Under the pieces are notes generated by a model. It was not told the DNA's origin and made no database searches. It was given only the letters and a program-made list of their open reading frames with translations. From assembly GCA_045605805.1 (NCBI GenBank), contig JAZUQR010000026.1, forward strand, positions 1-64,000: a stretch of DNA of 64,000 bases, given 5' to 3'. Below, piece by piece: positions 19,447 through 29,758 of the stretch (position 1 is its first letter; every line of letters begins with the position of its first letter). This stretch comes from Alphaproteobacteria bacterium. GTDB lineage: Bacteria > Pseudomonadota > Alphaproteobacteria > CAAHEQ01 > UBA3637. The position numbers were made by a program, and so were the translations under genes.

Positions 19447-20433
19447 ATGGAAGAAATTGTGTTTCCCAATCAAATCAGAATGATGCGTCGTGTGTCTGGT
19501 AAATCTATGCAAGATGTGGCCGACTTGTTGAATTTAAGCATTTCTGCGGTCAGCAAAATTGAAAAAGGATACCGCCGCCTAAACGAAGCTCAGCTGAAAC
19601 AGATTGCGGCTTTTGTGGATTGCCCTGTTGGTTCATTGTTTGTGGCCGAAGGATCGGCGCAACCGGAAGTGATTCAAGCATGGAAAGAAGAACAAGGGCG
19701 TCGCCATAAAATGAACGAGGGGGGCGGCTTAAAAACTTTGGGGGCAGGTTTGCGTTATCTGCGTGGCCAAAGAAAAATCACATTGTCTGCGTTGGCCAAA
19801 GGGGCCAATATGACCTTGTCTGTCTATCACCGTATAGAAATGGGTCAACGGGAAGTGGATGAAGCTGCCTTTGAAGCAATTGCTCGTGCTTTGGGGATGA
19901 CAGCCTCAGATTTACAAAAGCGCATCTATGATTTGGATATGTCCGGAGCTTTGGAGGATTTGAAAAATAATGAATCACGCACAGGCATCAATCTGTTCAA
20001 GGGGGGATACAATGATTTGCCGATAAGTCGCTTGATGCTAAGGCGTGCTGAAGATCAAGAAGTGACAGTGCCGATTGAAGCATTTCCGGCGCAGGATGGA
20101 AAAATATATCGGGATAAAACACATTCTGTGGGGGCTGTGGTTTGTCCATCCACTTTGGCGAATGACCCAGGGCTGTATGCCATTCGTTTGGGGTCACGAG
20201 AATCGTTTGCAGGTGTGTTGCCGCCAAGTTCTGTGTTAGTTGTTTCACCAACAATGCCTCTGCGTGATAGTGATTTGGCAATTTTCTTGAAAGAGGAAAA
20301 TGAAATTGAAGTTGTGCGTGTGCATAAAACCGAAGGGCAAGAGGTGCAACTGTTCAGCTTTGCCACCGGACAAACATACACCGAAATAACTATGAAGAAC
20401 TTGCAAAAAGTTGTTTGGATTGCAATGTTGTAA
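19447..20433 (+). CDS. XRE-family regulator with two HTH domains and a degenerate S24-like C-domain
   Basis: Two HTH signatures (SAVSKIEKG; SVYHRIEMG); AGGAGAGG RBS. Confidence 0.85.
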   Translation: MEEIVFPNQIRMMRRVSGKSMQDVADLLNLSISAVSKIEKGYRRLNEAQLKQIAAFVDCPVGSLFVAEGSAQPEVIQAWKEEQGRRHKMNEGGGLKTLGAGLRYLRGQRKITLSALAKGANMTLSVYHRIEMGQREVDEAAFEAIARALGMTASDLQKRIYDLDMSGALEDLKNNESRTGINLFKGGYNDLPISRLMLRRAEDQEVTVPIEAFPAQDGKIYRDKTHSVGAVVCPSTLANDPGLYAIRLGSRESFAGVLPPSSVLVVSPTMPLRDSDLAIFLKEENEIEVVRVHKTEGQEVQLFSFATGQTYTEITMKNLQKVVWIAML

Positions 20434-20442
20434 AGGGGAAGC

Positions 20443-21027
20443 ATGATTGATAAACAAACAGAAGTCCAAAATCAATTTCATTCTTTTTTGAAACAAAAGA
20501 ACGCTAAAACAAATGTGGCTATGCAAGAAGCCCAAAGGCTTGTCAATTTATATCGTGTGTTGAATGAATTGGGCGGAGATTTTGTGGATACCTATAATAT
20601 AATGCTTCAAAATGCATCCAGTGAAGCCAAATCCTCTTTGAATGCATTAGTGGGCGGGCAGGAAGTGCGTCAGTACCTTGAGTTTTTGATGGAAAAAAAT
20701 CATATCAAGGAAGAACAAGAAGAAGGTACAGCAAAACAAGTGGGATGGTTGCCGTCCCCCGAACAAGAAAGAAATTCACCCCAAAACCAAAACGGATATG
20801 CTGTGTCGCCTGAACAATGGGAACAATTTGTGGCACAGCAAGAACAAAAGTGGGCGCAAATGGTGGCCGATTTGAAAGAAGAACATAAACAAGAATTAAA
20901 TCGTTTGATGAACCAATTTTCTGTGGCCTTGCAAACCAAACAAACGCCGGCACAAGCCTATACGCCTCCGCCACCGGCTGGGCAACAGCTAGAACCATCT
21001 TATTCCGAAATTATTGAAGAAAAATAA
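20443..21027 (+). CDS. Hypothetical Gln-rich coiled-coil protein
   Basis: ORF with RBS, in operon. Confidence 0.75.
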   Translation: MIDKQTEVQNQFHSFLKQKNAKTNVAMQEAQRLVNLYRVLNELGGDFVDTYNIMLQNASSEAKSSLNALVGGQEVRQYLEFLMEKNHIKEEQEEGTAKQVGWLPSPEQERNSPQNQNGYAVSPEQWEQFVAQQEQKWAQMVADLKEEHKQELNRLMNQFSVALQTKQTPAQAYTPPPPAGQQLEPSYSEIIEEK

Positions 21028-21036
21028 GGAGACAAA

Positions 21037-22326
21037 ATGAATATAGAACGCATTTCTTCTGCTTTACAAACCTATAACGGGCAAGAAGATTCTATGCACG
21101 CCGTGGTGGATGTCCTTCAAGAAGAATTGGGTGAAAACTGGACAGATGTGGTTTTTGAACAGTTGCAACAATTATCCCCTGCCTTAAAGGATAATTTAAC
21201 CCATGCCTATAATTATTATGCCGCCACAATTGCGTGGAATGAAACGCAAAACTATTTGATGGATGAGACACTTCAAAAAACGCCCGATTTGGAAGAAAGA
21301 TTGCCGATTTTGAAACATTGGCTGGATTTTTTCGGTGCGCCAGGACAAAGTGCTTATCAGGAATTGGAAAATAAGCTGAATGCTTTGCCGACAGGGGATG
21401 AAGGAACGGATGATGAAGAAGTTCAAATGCCAGAAGCAGAGGTAATTCCTGAAGAAGAAATCGCCCTGCAAGAAAGTGGGGAAACGCAAACAGAAGAAGA
21501 AATAAACGAATCCTTTGAAGAAGAGGAAAACGAAGTTGATGAATGGATGAACTCTGATCAACCAACGGGGGATTCGGCTGAATCCGAAGAAGAGTTAGAA
21601 GATGTGGCAGATAAGCAAGAACAAGATGAATCGGAAGCAGACGAAACAGAGGAAGCGGATACGGAAGAAGAAAAGCTAGAAATAGAAGAGACCCCTGCCG
21701 TTTTTGAAATTAAAAAACTGCAAAAACAGTTGAATTTGCTAAACCAAAATCAAGCATGGCTTTCGGCCCGTTGTATCCAACTGAAAGGTATTGAAGTCTA
21801 TGCATATCCCTTCTATGGTTTTATTGTTGACCTGTTGCGTCAAACTTTGAAAAGTATGGAAAAAATTGAAAAAGATGAAGAAATGACTGCTTTGTTGCCG
21901 TCTGTGTTTGAAGGGGGAAAAGAAGCCTTTGACAATAAGAAGCAAGCCATTGAACATGATATTGAATTGGCCGAACAAAACTGTGAATCGGCTACCACCG
22001 CATTGATTTCTGATGAAACAGATATGGACGAGGTAAGGCGGACATTGGGGGCTATTGATACAAGTGATACAGTGGAATATGTTGGGCCTGCTCCTGATGG
22101 TTTTGAGTTATTAGATGATGAAGCCCCGCTGGACGAAAGTGTCATCAAACAGCAATATGAAAAATTGGAAAAGATAAATGCTTTAACAGGACAAACCGAT
22201 CAAAAAGCAAATGAAAATAAAATAATTCAAGAAAACACTTCACAAAATGAAGAAAAAGGTGTACAACAAAGAAAATTATCTTTTTCGTTGAAACGGACAA
22301 AACCAACTGAGGAAGGTAGTAATTAA
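21037..22326 (+). CDS. Hypothetical, highly acidic protein
   Basis: ORF with AAGGAG RBS; long Glu-rich central tract. Confidence 0.8.
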   Translation: MNIERISSALQTYNGQEDSMHAVVDVLQEELGENWTDVVFEQLQQLSPALKDNLTHAYNYYAATIAWNETQNYLMDETLQKTPDLEERLPILKHWLDFFGAPGQSAYQELENKLNALPTGDEGTDDEEVQMPEAEVIPEEEIALQESGETQTEEEINESFEEEENEVDEWMNSDQPTGDSAESEEELEDVADKQEQDESEADETEEADTEEEKLEIEETPAVFEIKKLQKQLNLLNQNQAWLSARCIQLKGIEVYAYPFYGFIVDLLRQTLKSMEKIEKDEEMTALLPSVFEGGKEAFDNKKQAIEHDIELAEQNCESATTALISDETDMDEVRRTLGAIDTSDTVEYVGPAPDGFELLDDEAPLDESVIKQQYEKLEKINALTGQTDQKANENKIIQENTSQNEEKGVQQRKLSFSLKRTKPTEEGSN

Positions 22327-22342
22327 ACAAAAGAGGGGACTT

Positions 22343-23488
22343 ATGAAAAAAAAAGGTGTTTGGTTTGGTTTGATAATGGCTTTTATGTGGGCAAGTGCCG
22401 TATTTGCAAATGCAGATATCCAAAAAGTTTCACCTGTGGCACTGGTTGATTTTGAAATGCCGTTTCGGTGTACAACCACACAATCTGATCAAGCCGTGTC
22501 GCAAACAATTGCTTTAACATTGGATGATTTTGCGTTCCAATCGCTTCAAGCAGGGAATGCTTTGCCACGGTTTGCTGTGAACGATTACACATTCAAAGAA
22601 CAACCCTTGGATAAAGTGTTGGCTAAGTTGGTTGAATCGGCAGGCATAAAGGTCATGGCTCCCAAAACAGAAATGATGTTGCTGACAGCAAAAAATGTCA
22701 ATGGCGATTTGGCCTCTGTGGTGCAACAATTGACGGATGCAGGAGAAATGTTTTATAACTATAAAGAGGCTTCCAAAACCTTAACCCTGTTGCGGCGTGC
22801 GGATTTTGCTTTGCAAGTACCAAAAAACAAAGCCATCTTGATGTCTGTTTTAGATGCGTTAAGAGGTCAAGAGATTCAAAATATATCGGTTGATTTTGAA
22901 AAATATAAAATTCGTATGAATGTAAGCCCCGAAGAATTGAAGCAGGCAAAAAAGGTTGTGCGCAAGATTTTAGACGATGCCTATTTGCTGGCCGCAGATA
23001 TAAAAATATATGAGCTTTTTTTGCCCTATGCGATAGAAGGTCAATGGAATACCATAATGCATAAAGCACTGCCAATGATTGCCACAACAAAAAATGCCTT
23101 AACAGGGCGGGCCATGATTTTGAAAAATCATAAAAATTCAGACGATATTGTCCAAATAGTCAAGCAGTTTTATCAAGTTCAGCCTCTGGTCAGCGGACAA
23201 TCTGTTGTGCCAAATGGATGGCAAATGCGGTTTAATATCAATGAATGTACAACAACGCCGTTGCCTTATGACAACATGAGCCTGTTGATGAAAACACGCA
23301 TTCATAACGAAATGGATGAGCGCACCCAAATCACTATCGCTTCTGGAAATGAAGTGTTAACAACCTTTGATATTACCAGCAATTTGAATCAAGAAGTTGT
23401 TTTGTTGGGAATGCGTCAGCCAAATAACAAAGAACTTTTAATTACAGTCAAGTTTAATTTAATACGCTTATCACAGAAAGGAGAATAA
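22343..23488 (+). CDS. Exported protein resembling a reduced secretin (PilN/BfpB-like N-domains)
   Basis: Signal peptide; PLDKVLAKL..AGIKV and GDLASVVQQL....FYNY segments; beta-rich C-terminus. Confidence 0.45.
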   Translation: MKKKGVWFGLIMAFMWASAVFANADIQKVSPVALVDFEMPFRCTTTQSDQAVSQTIALTLDDFAFQSLQAGNALPRFAVNDYTFKEQPLDKVLAKLVESAGIKVMAPKTEMMLLTAKNVNGDLASVVQQLTDAGEMFYNYKEASKTLTLLRRADFALQVPKNKAILMSVLDALRGQEIQNISVDFEKYKIRMNVSPEELKQAKKVVRKILDDAYLLAADIKIYELFLPYAIEGQWNTIMHKALPMIATTKNALTGRAMILKNHKNSDDIVQIVKQFYQVQPLVSGQSVVPNGWQMRFNINECTTTPLPYDNMSLLMKTRIHNEMDERTQITIASGNEVLTTFDITSNLNQEVVLLGMRQPNNKELLITVKFNLIRLSQKGE

Positions 23489-23489
23489 A

Positions 23490-24080
23490 ATGACGGATTT
23501 CAAAGCACCGCCACCACCACAAGGATTTGCACCGGAACCACAGGTGCGTCCAGAAGCCATCACACCAACACAGCCCACCCCTGTGGCTCAGGAACAGGTT
23601 CAGCCTGTGGCTGATACTAAAACGAATACAATGTCTTCGCAAGCAGGTTTGTCGTCACAGCAGATTCAAGGTAAAGTGGCCGACCTAAAAAATAAGTATG
23701 ATGCTTTGCCATCTCAGAAAAAAAACATTATTCTTTGCGTGGCAACCTTTGTGTTGGGCATTGTGATGGGCTGTGTGATGTTTGGTGGGGCAGAATCAGT
23801 CACACAAGCCCCAACAGGTCTGCAAGGAGTTATTGGCAATTCCGATATACGACCGGACCAAAAACTGAAAAGATGTGGTCAGTCAGAAGCCTCTTCGGCT
23901 TGCGTATTGTATGTGATGAATTATTATACATACGAAAAATCGGCAGCCGATTTCTTTGAATTGGCAGCTTCCTTAACGGGACGCAGTATAAGTTCAATCA
24001 GAACGGATAATGTACGATACGCTTCTATGAAAATCCCACCGGGGTATTTTGTGCAAATCAAAGTGCCACGCTATCAATAA
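23490..24080 (+). CDS. Bitopic membrane protein with a C-terminal LysM-like domain
   Basis: Pro/Gln-rich N-terminus, 1 TM, ..AASLTGRSISSIRTDN....KIPPGYFVQIKVP. Confidence 0.55.
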   Translation: MTDFKAPPPPQGFAPEPQVRPEAITPTQPTPVAQEQVQPVADTKTNTMSSQAGLSSQQIQGKVADLKNKYDALPSQKKNIILCVATFVLGIVMGCVMFGGAESVTQAPTGLQGVIGNSDIRPDQKLKRCGQSEASSACVLYVMNYYTYEKSAADFFELAASLTGRSISSIRTDNVRYASMKIPPGYFVQIKVPRYQ

Positions 24081-24082
24081 AA

Positions 24083-24110
24083 AAATCCCCGATGTTAAAG
24101 TCGGGGATTT
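24083..24110. terminator. Hairpin terminator between convergent genes
   Basis: AAATCCCCGA..TCGGGGATTT. Confidence 0.7.
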
Positions 24111-24526
24111 GTCCATGTGAAACATAAAGCATCAAAACTGCCCCCTTTTTCGTGATAATAATTCGGCCGTACACCGGTTTGAATAAAACCATGCTTTTTG
24201 TATAATTGAATGGCTGGTTCGTTGGTGGCCCGTACTTCCAAAAAAATATGGTGTTTGGATTGGTCAAAGGCCATTTGTTGAAGCTGTTCTAAAAGACGGG
24301 AAGCCACCCCATTGCGGCGTCTGTTAGGATGCACGGCCAAAGTCAAAATCTCTAAATCCAGACCCAAATCGGCACAAAGCACAAAGCCAAACGCATCCCC
24401 AAAGCCAAAAGTGGTGGGTAAATCCAAAATCTTGCGAAAGTTATCCTCACTCCAAGGTTCGTCAAAACATAAAGCATGAAGTTTGGCAAGTGGCTCGGCA
24501 AAAAAAGATTCCTTAAAGTGTGACAT
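24095..24526 (-). CDS. rimI: Ribosomal-protein-alanine N-acetyltransferase (RimI-like)
   Basis: EILTLAVHP.RR.G.A; FLEVRATN..AIQLY...GF...G.R.NYY; lies next to tsaB. Confidence 0.85.
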   Translation of the reverse strand: MSHFKESFFAEPLAKLHALCFDEPWSEDNFRKILDLPTTFGFGDAFGFVLCADLGLDLEILTLAVHPNRRRNGVASRLLEQLQQMAFDQSKHHIFLEVRATNEPAIQLYKKHGFIQTGVRPNYYHEKGGSFDALCFTWTNPRL

Positions 24527-25133
24527 CGGCTTCCCGTAAATACAGCGGATGCGGTTCTTGAACTAAATCTGAATGCCATAAAGCAATATGGGCCACATTC
24601 AAAGCCAATGGAGCAACAGGCGATATCACCTCACAGCCAATTTCGTCGGCAAGTAAGGTGGCCCCACTACCCACAGCTGTAAACGGTAAAGATGATTTCA
24701 AAGCCAGCTCATCCAACAAAGCCGGTTCGTTCAAAGGAACACAAAAAGCATCAAAATCTTGAACAAAATAATCGGCCCGCTTGCTGTCTAACACAACCTT
24801 TACCGGTTGATGAAGGCCATAAGCGGTGGCCAAAAAATTATTCACACCATAAACAGGAATGTTAAGAGCCAAAGCTAAGCCTCGTGCAGTGGCAAGACCA
24901 ATGCGTACCCCCGTAAAAGAACCAGGACCCACGGCAACCGCAAGACAAGTCAAATCTTTTGAAGTGCAACCATATTCGTCAAACAAGTTTTGAATCAAGC
25001 CCATCAGGCATTCCCCTTGTCCACGGGAAAGAGTGGAGACCAAACTTGCTAAGCGCCCCTCGCTGTCCAATAAAGCAACAGAGGTGCAATCAGAAGTCGT
25101 ATCAATGGCTAAGCATAAAGTTTTTTTTGTCAT
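24513..25133 (-). CDS. tsaB: tRNA threonylcarbamoyladenosine biosynthesis protein TsaB
   Basis: LAIDTT, GPGSFTGVRIG and PLYLR motifs. Confidence 0.93.
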   Translation of the reverse strand: MTKKTLCLAIDTTSDCTSVALLDSEGRLASLVSTLSRGQGECLMGLIQNLFDEYGCTSKDLTCLAVAVGPGSFTGVRIGLATARGLALALNIPVYGVNNFLATAYGLHQPVKVVLDSKRADYFVQDFDAFCVPLNEPALLDELALKSSLPFTAVGSGATLLADEIGCEVISPVAPLALNVAHIALWHSDLVQEPHPLYLREADVTL

Positions 25134-25268
25134 AACCAAATTATACGCTGAATCCCCCAAAAAATCAAGCCAGAAAACACCTCACTTGATAAGAAAATAC
25201 GATTTTTTTGTGAAAAGATGAAAAAAAATGTTGCACTTTGTTTTTTTTTGTGCTAGTATATCTTCGTT

Positions 25269-25344
25269 GCCGATTTAGCTCAGCTGGTAGAGCAACTGAT
25301 TTGTAATCAGTAGGTCGTTAGTTCGAATCTGACAATCGGCACCA
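25269..25344 (+). tRNA. tRNA-Thr(TGT)
   Basis: Anticodon arm ACTGA-TTTGTAA-TCAGT; CCA; hairpin terminator follows. Confidence 0.95.
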
Positions 25345-25447
25345 TCTTTTTTATAAGAATTGGGTCGTTTCTTTTGAAACGGCTTTTTTTGTTGCTTTTT
25401 GTGTTTTTTTCGGCTATCATAAAATGAATGATTTTAAGGAGTAAAAG

Positions 25448-26746
25448 ATGACAACGCAATTGATTAAACCCGCCTCAATCACAGGTTTTCCGGAATATCT
25501 GCCGGAAGAACGCATTTTAGAACAAAAAATGTTGGATGAAATCCGCAAGGTTTTTGAAAGCCATGGTTTCTGCTCTATTGAAACCCCAGTGGTGGAAAAG
25601 TTGGAAGTTTTGTTGTCCAAAAGTGCCGATACCAACAAAGAAATGTATGTGTTGGGTCGTTTGCAAGCCGAAGAAAAAGAAGAAGCCAAAATGGGTTTGC
25701 GCTATGATTTAACTGTTCCCTTTGCCCGCTATGTTGCCCAACACGAAAATGATTTGGTGTTTCCCTTCAAACGCTATCAAATTCAACCCTGTTGGCGTGG
25801 AGAAAGGCCAAAGTTGGGGCGCTATCGTCAATTCACACAATGTGATGTGGATGTGGTGGCTCGTGAAAAATTGGCCCTTGAATATGATGCCTTGATGCCG
25901 GCCATCGTGTGTGAGGCATGGCAAAAAATTGGCTTTGAAAATATCATCCTTCAAATTTCAAACCGTAAGATTTTGGCGGGTTTTGCCACAGGTTTGGGCA
26001 TTGAAAAGGTGGGCGAAACATTGCGTGTGCTGGATAAATTGAAAAAAATTGGTTCAGATGCGGTGCGTGAAATGTTGGGCGAACTGAATTTGTCTAACGA
26101 ACAAATTGAAGCCTGTTTGAAAATTGCCGAAATCAAAACAAATGATTTGTCCTTTGCTGATAAGGTGCGTGCCTTGGGCGTTGCCAACGAAACATTGGAA
26201 TTGGGCTTGAATGAATTGACACAATGCGTTGAATTATACAGTAAAATGTGTTCTGTGCCATATTGTGTGGATATGTCGCTTGTGCGTGGGTTTGATTATT
26301 ACACCGGCACAACTTATGAAGTTCAGCTGGTTGGCACCGATTTTGCTGATTCTATTGGCGGTGGCGGACGGTATGATAATCTGGCCTCTACAATGACCAA
26401 AAGTCGCTTGCCAGGGGTTGGCATTTCCATGGGGATTTCTCGGGCCTTGGGCGTTGCCTTAAAATTGGGTTTGATGCAAACAGGGGCTAAATCTCCCACC
26501 CAAGTGTTGGTTGTCAATGTGGAAAGCCAAGACAAAACAAAAATGTTGGCTGTGGCTGAAAAGTTGCGAGCCAGAGGCATTCAAACAGAGGTTTATTTGG
26601 AAGGTGGAAAATTGGCAAAACAATTAAAATATGCCAATGATAAAAAAATCCCTTATGTTTGGTTTGATATTGATAACGCTGTAAAAAATATGGAAACAGG
26701 GAATCAGGAAATCGGCAATCCGGACGAATGGCTGCCAACAAAATAA
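25448..26746 (+). CDS. hisS: Histidyl-tRNA synthetase
   Basis: LRYDLTVP, WRGERP..GRYRQF.QCD, RGFDYYTG and GGGRYD motifs. Confidence 0.96.
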   Translation: MTTQLIKPASITGFPEYLPEERILEQKMLDEIRKVFESHGFCSIETPVVEKLEVLLSKSADTNKEMYVLGRLQAEEKEEAKMGLRYDLTVPFARYVAQHENDLVFPFKRYQIQPCWRGERPKLGRYRQFTQCDVDVVAREKLALEYDALMPAIVCEAWQKIGFENIILQISNRKILAGFATGLGIEKVGETLRVLDKLKKIGSDAVREMLGELNLSNEQIEACLKIAEIKTNDLSFADKVRALGVANETLELGLNELTQCVELYSKMCSVPYCVDMSLVRGFDYYTGTTYEVQLVGTDFADSIGGGGRYDNLASTMTKSRLPGVGISMGISRALGVALKLGLMQTGAKSPTQVLVVNVESQDKTKMLAVAEKLRARGIQTEVYLEGGKLAKQLKYANDKKIPYVWFDIDNAVKNMETGNQEIGNPDEWLPTK

Positions 26747-26759
26747 AAAAGGAGATAAA

Positions 26760-27296
26760 ATGAAAAACATAATACTTGCACTGGTGTCATTATTTGCTTC
26801 TGTTAAAACATTTGCAAATCCGGCATGTACAACATTGTGTCCTTTAATTGTGGGGGCATCTTTAACAATTGCCCAAAAAATGGGAGTAAAAGATGAAGTG
26901 GTGGGCGTGCTGTCTGGTGCTTTGTTGGCCATCGTGGGCTATTGGATGATTCGTTTTTGTGAAAAAAGAAATTGGAACTTTCCGGCCAGAAACATTGTTT
27001 TAATGGCGGTATCCATTGCCTCCATCGGTTTTGTTTATGGGGGAACACTTACCTATAACCCCAGATTGCATTGGCATTTATTGTATATTGATTCCTTCTT
27101 GTTGGCGGCCTTATGTGGTGCTGCGGCTCATATTATTGGGGTCAATTTATATGGCTGGATGAAAGAAAAAAATGGGGGGCATGCGCATTTCCCATTTGAA
27201 AAAGTGGTTGTCCCTGTTCTTTTAGACGCACTTGTCTGTTGGATTTTTTGGCAAACAAACTTGTGCGAATGTCACGAAGTTATTATCTTAAAATAA
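26760..27296 (+). CDS. Uncharacterised membrane protein (CxxxCP...HFPFEKVV)
   Basis: 4-5 TM helices; AGGAG RBS. Confidence 0.75.
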   Translation: MKNIILALVSLFASVKTFANPACTTLCPLIVGASLTIAQKMGVKDEVVGVLSGALLAIVGYWMIRFCEKRNWNFPARNIVLMAVSIASIGFVYGGTLTYNPRLHWHLLYIDSFLLAALCGAAAHIIGVNLYGWMKEKNGGHAHFPFEKVVVPVLLDALVCWIFWQTNLCECHEVIILK

Positions 27297-27320
27297 AATC
27301 AAAATAAACAAGGGGGAAAA

Positions 27321-28280
27321 ATGGGAACAACAATAGATTTTTGCTATTTGTTGAATAAAAAAGGATATGCCAAAGCAATCAGTAAAAACAAAATCCAACA
27401 AAGGAAAGCGCCTATATGGGTGCATATTGATTATCAAAAAAAACAAAATCAAAAATGGTTGTCCGAACAAAATCTTTCGCCATCTGTGTTGGAAAATCTG
27501 TTGGATGCAGATACGACACCCCGGTATTTTAAGGATGAAAAAGGAGTGTTGGCAGTGATGCGTGGCATCAATGCAAAAACTGAGTCAGAAGACGATATGA
27601 TAGCCGTTCATATATGGATGAGCAAAAACCTTTTGATGACTTTGTCGCACAGAGAATGTCCGAGTATACAGCAGGTGGTGGATAGATTCATCACAGGCTC
27701 TGGGCCGACTTCCATTCAAGAATGTTTTGTGGCATTGGCCCGCCAAATGAATAGCCAAATTGAAAAAACTTTGGTTGAAATACATGAAGAAGGAGATAGT
27801 TTGGAAGATGCCGTTATCTCAGAAACAACCTTCAAACAAGATTCTATTTTGCGCCACCGTTTAAGTCGTCTGCGCCATAAAATTGTTGGCTTGCGTCGCT
27901 ATTTAATACCCCAGCGTGAGATGATGAATAAATTGGTTCAAGACAGTGTTTTTGAAGAACAAAATAAACTGAATATGCAAGAAATTGCCCGAGATTTGAC
28001 AACTGTTGTATCCGAATTAGATTATGCAAAAGATCGCTCTTCTGTTATTCAAGAGGAATTAGATGCACAAACAAATATAGATATCAGCCGAACCATGTAT
28101 CTGATGAGTTTGATTATGGTAATTTTTACCCCGCTCAGCTTTTTAACCGGCTTGCTGGGGGCAAATGTCAAAGGCATTCCCTTTGGCGAACACGAAAACG
28201 GATTTTTAATTTTAAGTGTGGTTCTTGTGCTGTTTGCATGTGTTCAAGTGGCAATTATCAAAAAAGCAAAATGGTTCTAA
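27321..28280 (+). CDS. CorA/ZntB-family divalent cation transporter
   Basis: P.SFLTGLLGANV signature between two C-terminal TM helices. Confidence 0.9.
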   Translation: MGTTIDFCYLLNKKGYAKAISKNKIQQRKAPIWVHIDYQKKQNQKWLSEQNLSPSVLENLLDADTTPRYFKDEKGVLAVMRGINAKTESEDDMIAVHIWMSKNLLMTLSHRECPSIQQVVDRFITGSGPTSIQECFVALARQMNSQIEKTLVEIHEEGDSLEDAVISETTFKQDSILRHRLSRLRHKIVGLRRYLIPQREMMNKLVQDSVFEEQNKLNMQEIARDLTTVVSELDYAKDRSSVIQEELDAQTNIDISRTMYLMSLIMVIFTPLSFLTGLLGANVKGIPFGEHENGFLILSVVLVLFACVQVAIIKKAKWF

Positions 28281-28283
28281 ACC

Positions 28284-28934
28284 TTACCAATTTTGACAAA
28301 GAGCAGTGGTTTTTTGATAGGATTCCTTTGTGTCAATAGCAGCATTTTTCTTTGCCATGGTATTGTTGATGTGTTGAATAACAGGTTGTAAATTATCAAG
28401 GACAGTCTGTGTCATTTTATTAGTAGCCGATTTAATGTCATTCTTATTATGTACAACCCTTGGTCGTAAAGAGGCAAGAGTTTTGGATAAAACCTTTTCA
28501 ACATCTGGCTTAAAGAAAGTCAATGCATGTTGCGACACAGATACATGATAATCTTCATGTTCTTTAATCACTTTGTATTCACAACTGTTGGCGGGATATT
28601 TTTTATCTATATAAACGGTTAAATTGGGATAGGATAAAGTCACTTCAACATCTTTTAATGAAACACAAAATTGTCCGGCATATTGTTCAATCTGTGGGGT
28701 AATAAGTGTGTTGAGGTCAAATTCTGCCACCGTAAGCCCTAAAGTGTGGGGCGAATAAGGTACCTTTGCTTTCCTAAGAAAATCCTTACGGGAATACGAT
28801 GTAATATATTTTGGGTTGCCTGTTTTTATTTTAACCAGCACTCGGGTACTCATTTGTGTACAAAAAGGCATTGCATTTTGGGCCAAAACAGGCGATACTA
28901 TAAATAAAGATAAAAATAAAAATAATTTTTTCAT
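28284..28934 (-). CDS. Exported protein with HExxH motif (DUF922-like putative zinc peptidase)
   Basis: Signal peptide; HEDYH. Confidence 0.6.
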   Translation of the reverse strand: MKKLFLFLSLFIVSPVLAQNAMPFCTQMSTRVLVKIKTGNPKYITSYSRKDFLRKAKVPYSPHTLGLTVAEFDLNTLITPQIEQYAGQFCVSLKDVEVTLSYPNLTVYIDKKYPANSCEYKVIKEHEDYHVSVSQHALTFFKPDVEKVLSKTLASLRPRVVHNKNDIKSATNKMTQTVLDNLQPVIQHINNTMAKKNAAIDTKESYQKTTALCQNW

Positions 28935-28963
28935 AAAAACACTATATCATAGGAAAAAATAAA

Positions 28964-29758
28964 ATGCAAAAAATAATTTCATGGAATGTAGCCTCGGTTC
29001 GGGCAAGAATGCCTGCCTTAGAAAAATTGTTAAAACAAGAACAACCAGATATCGTTTTATTGCAGGAAATAAAGGCCGAACAAGATACTTTCCCTTTTTT
29101 GGAACTGCAAGGGTTGGGCTATCATTGTGCAATAAGCGGACAAAAATCTTATAACGGAGTAGCCATTTTATCCAAAGAGCCATTGACTGCGGTTCAAACA
29201 GCCCTGCCGGATTTCCAAGATACAGAACAACCACAAGCCCGCTTTGTGCAAGCAACATTGTCCTCAGGACAAAAGGTTATTTCTGTCTATGTGCCAAATG
29301 GCAATCCCCCCGAAAAAGACCCAGAAAATAAGGAAAAATTGGCGTATAAATTAAAGTGGATGGCTGCGCTAAATAAGTATGTAAATCAGCTGTTGTTAAG
29401 CGGAGAAAAAATCATTTTGGGCGGTGATTTCAATGTGATTGAAAAAGATACAGATGTGTATAATCCACAGGCGTATCGGACAAACGCTTTGATGGTAGAC
29501 AGTGTTCGGGAAAAATATGCCGAATTAAATGCGTTGCCGCTTATAAATGCAATCCGTTTGATGAATCCAGAACCCCATACCTATTCGTTTTGGGATTTTC
29601 AAATGCGGGCGTGGCCACTCAATCGGGGAATGTTGTTGGATGCGTTGTTTGTGAACAGCTCTATGAAACAGCAAGTATCCAGTGCCGGCATCTTGAAACA
29701 AGTGCGAGGATGGGAAAAAACATCGGATCATGCCCCCGTTTTTTTAATTTTGGATTAA
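28964..29758 (+). CDS. xth: Exodeoxyribonuclease III
   Basis: SWNV, LQEIK, YNGVA, YVPNG, GDFN and SDHAPV motifs. Confidence 0.94.
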   Translation: MQKIISWNVASVRARMPALEKLLKQEQPDIVLLQEIKAEQDTFPFLELQGLGYHCAISGQKSYNGVAILSKEPLTAVQTALPDFQDTEQPQARFVQATLSSGQKVISVYVPNGNPPEKDPENKEKLAYKLKWMAALNKYVNQLLLSGEKIILGGDFNVIEKDTDVYNPQAYRTNALMVDSVREKYAELNALPLINAIRLMNPEPHTYSFWDFQMRAWPLNRGMLLDALFVNSSMKQQVSSAGILKQVRGWEKTSDHAPVFLILD

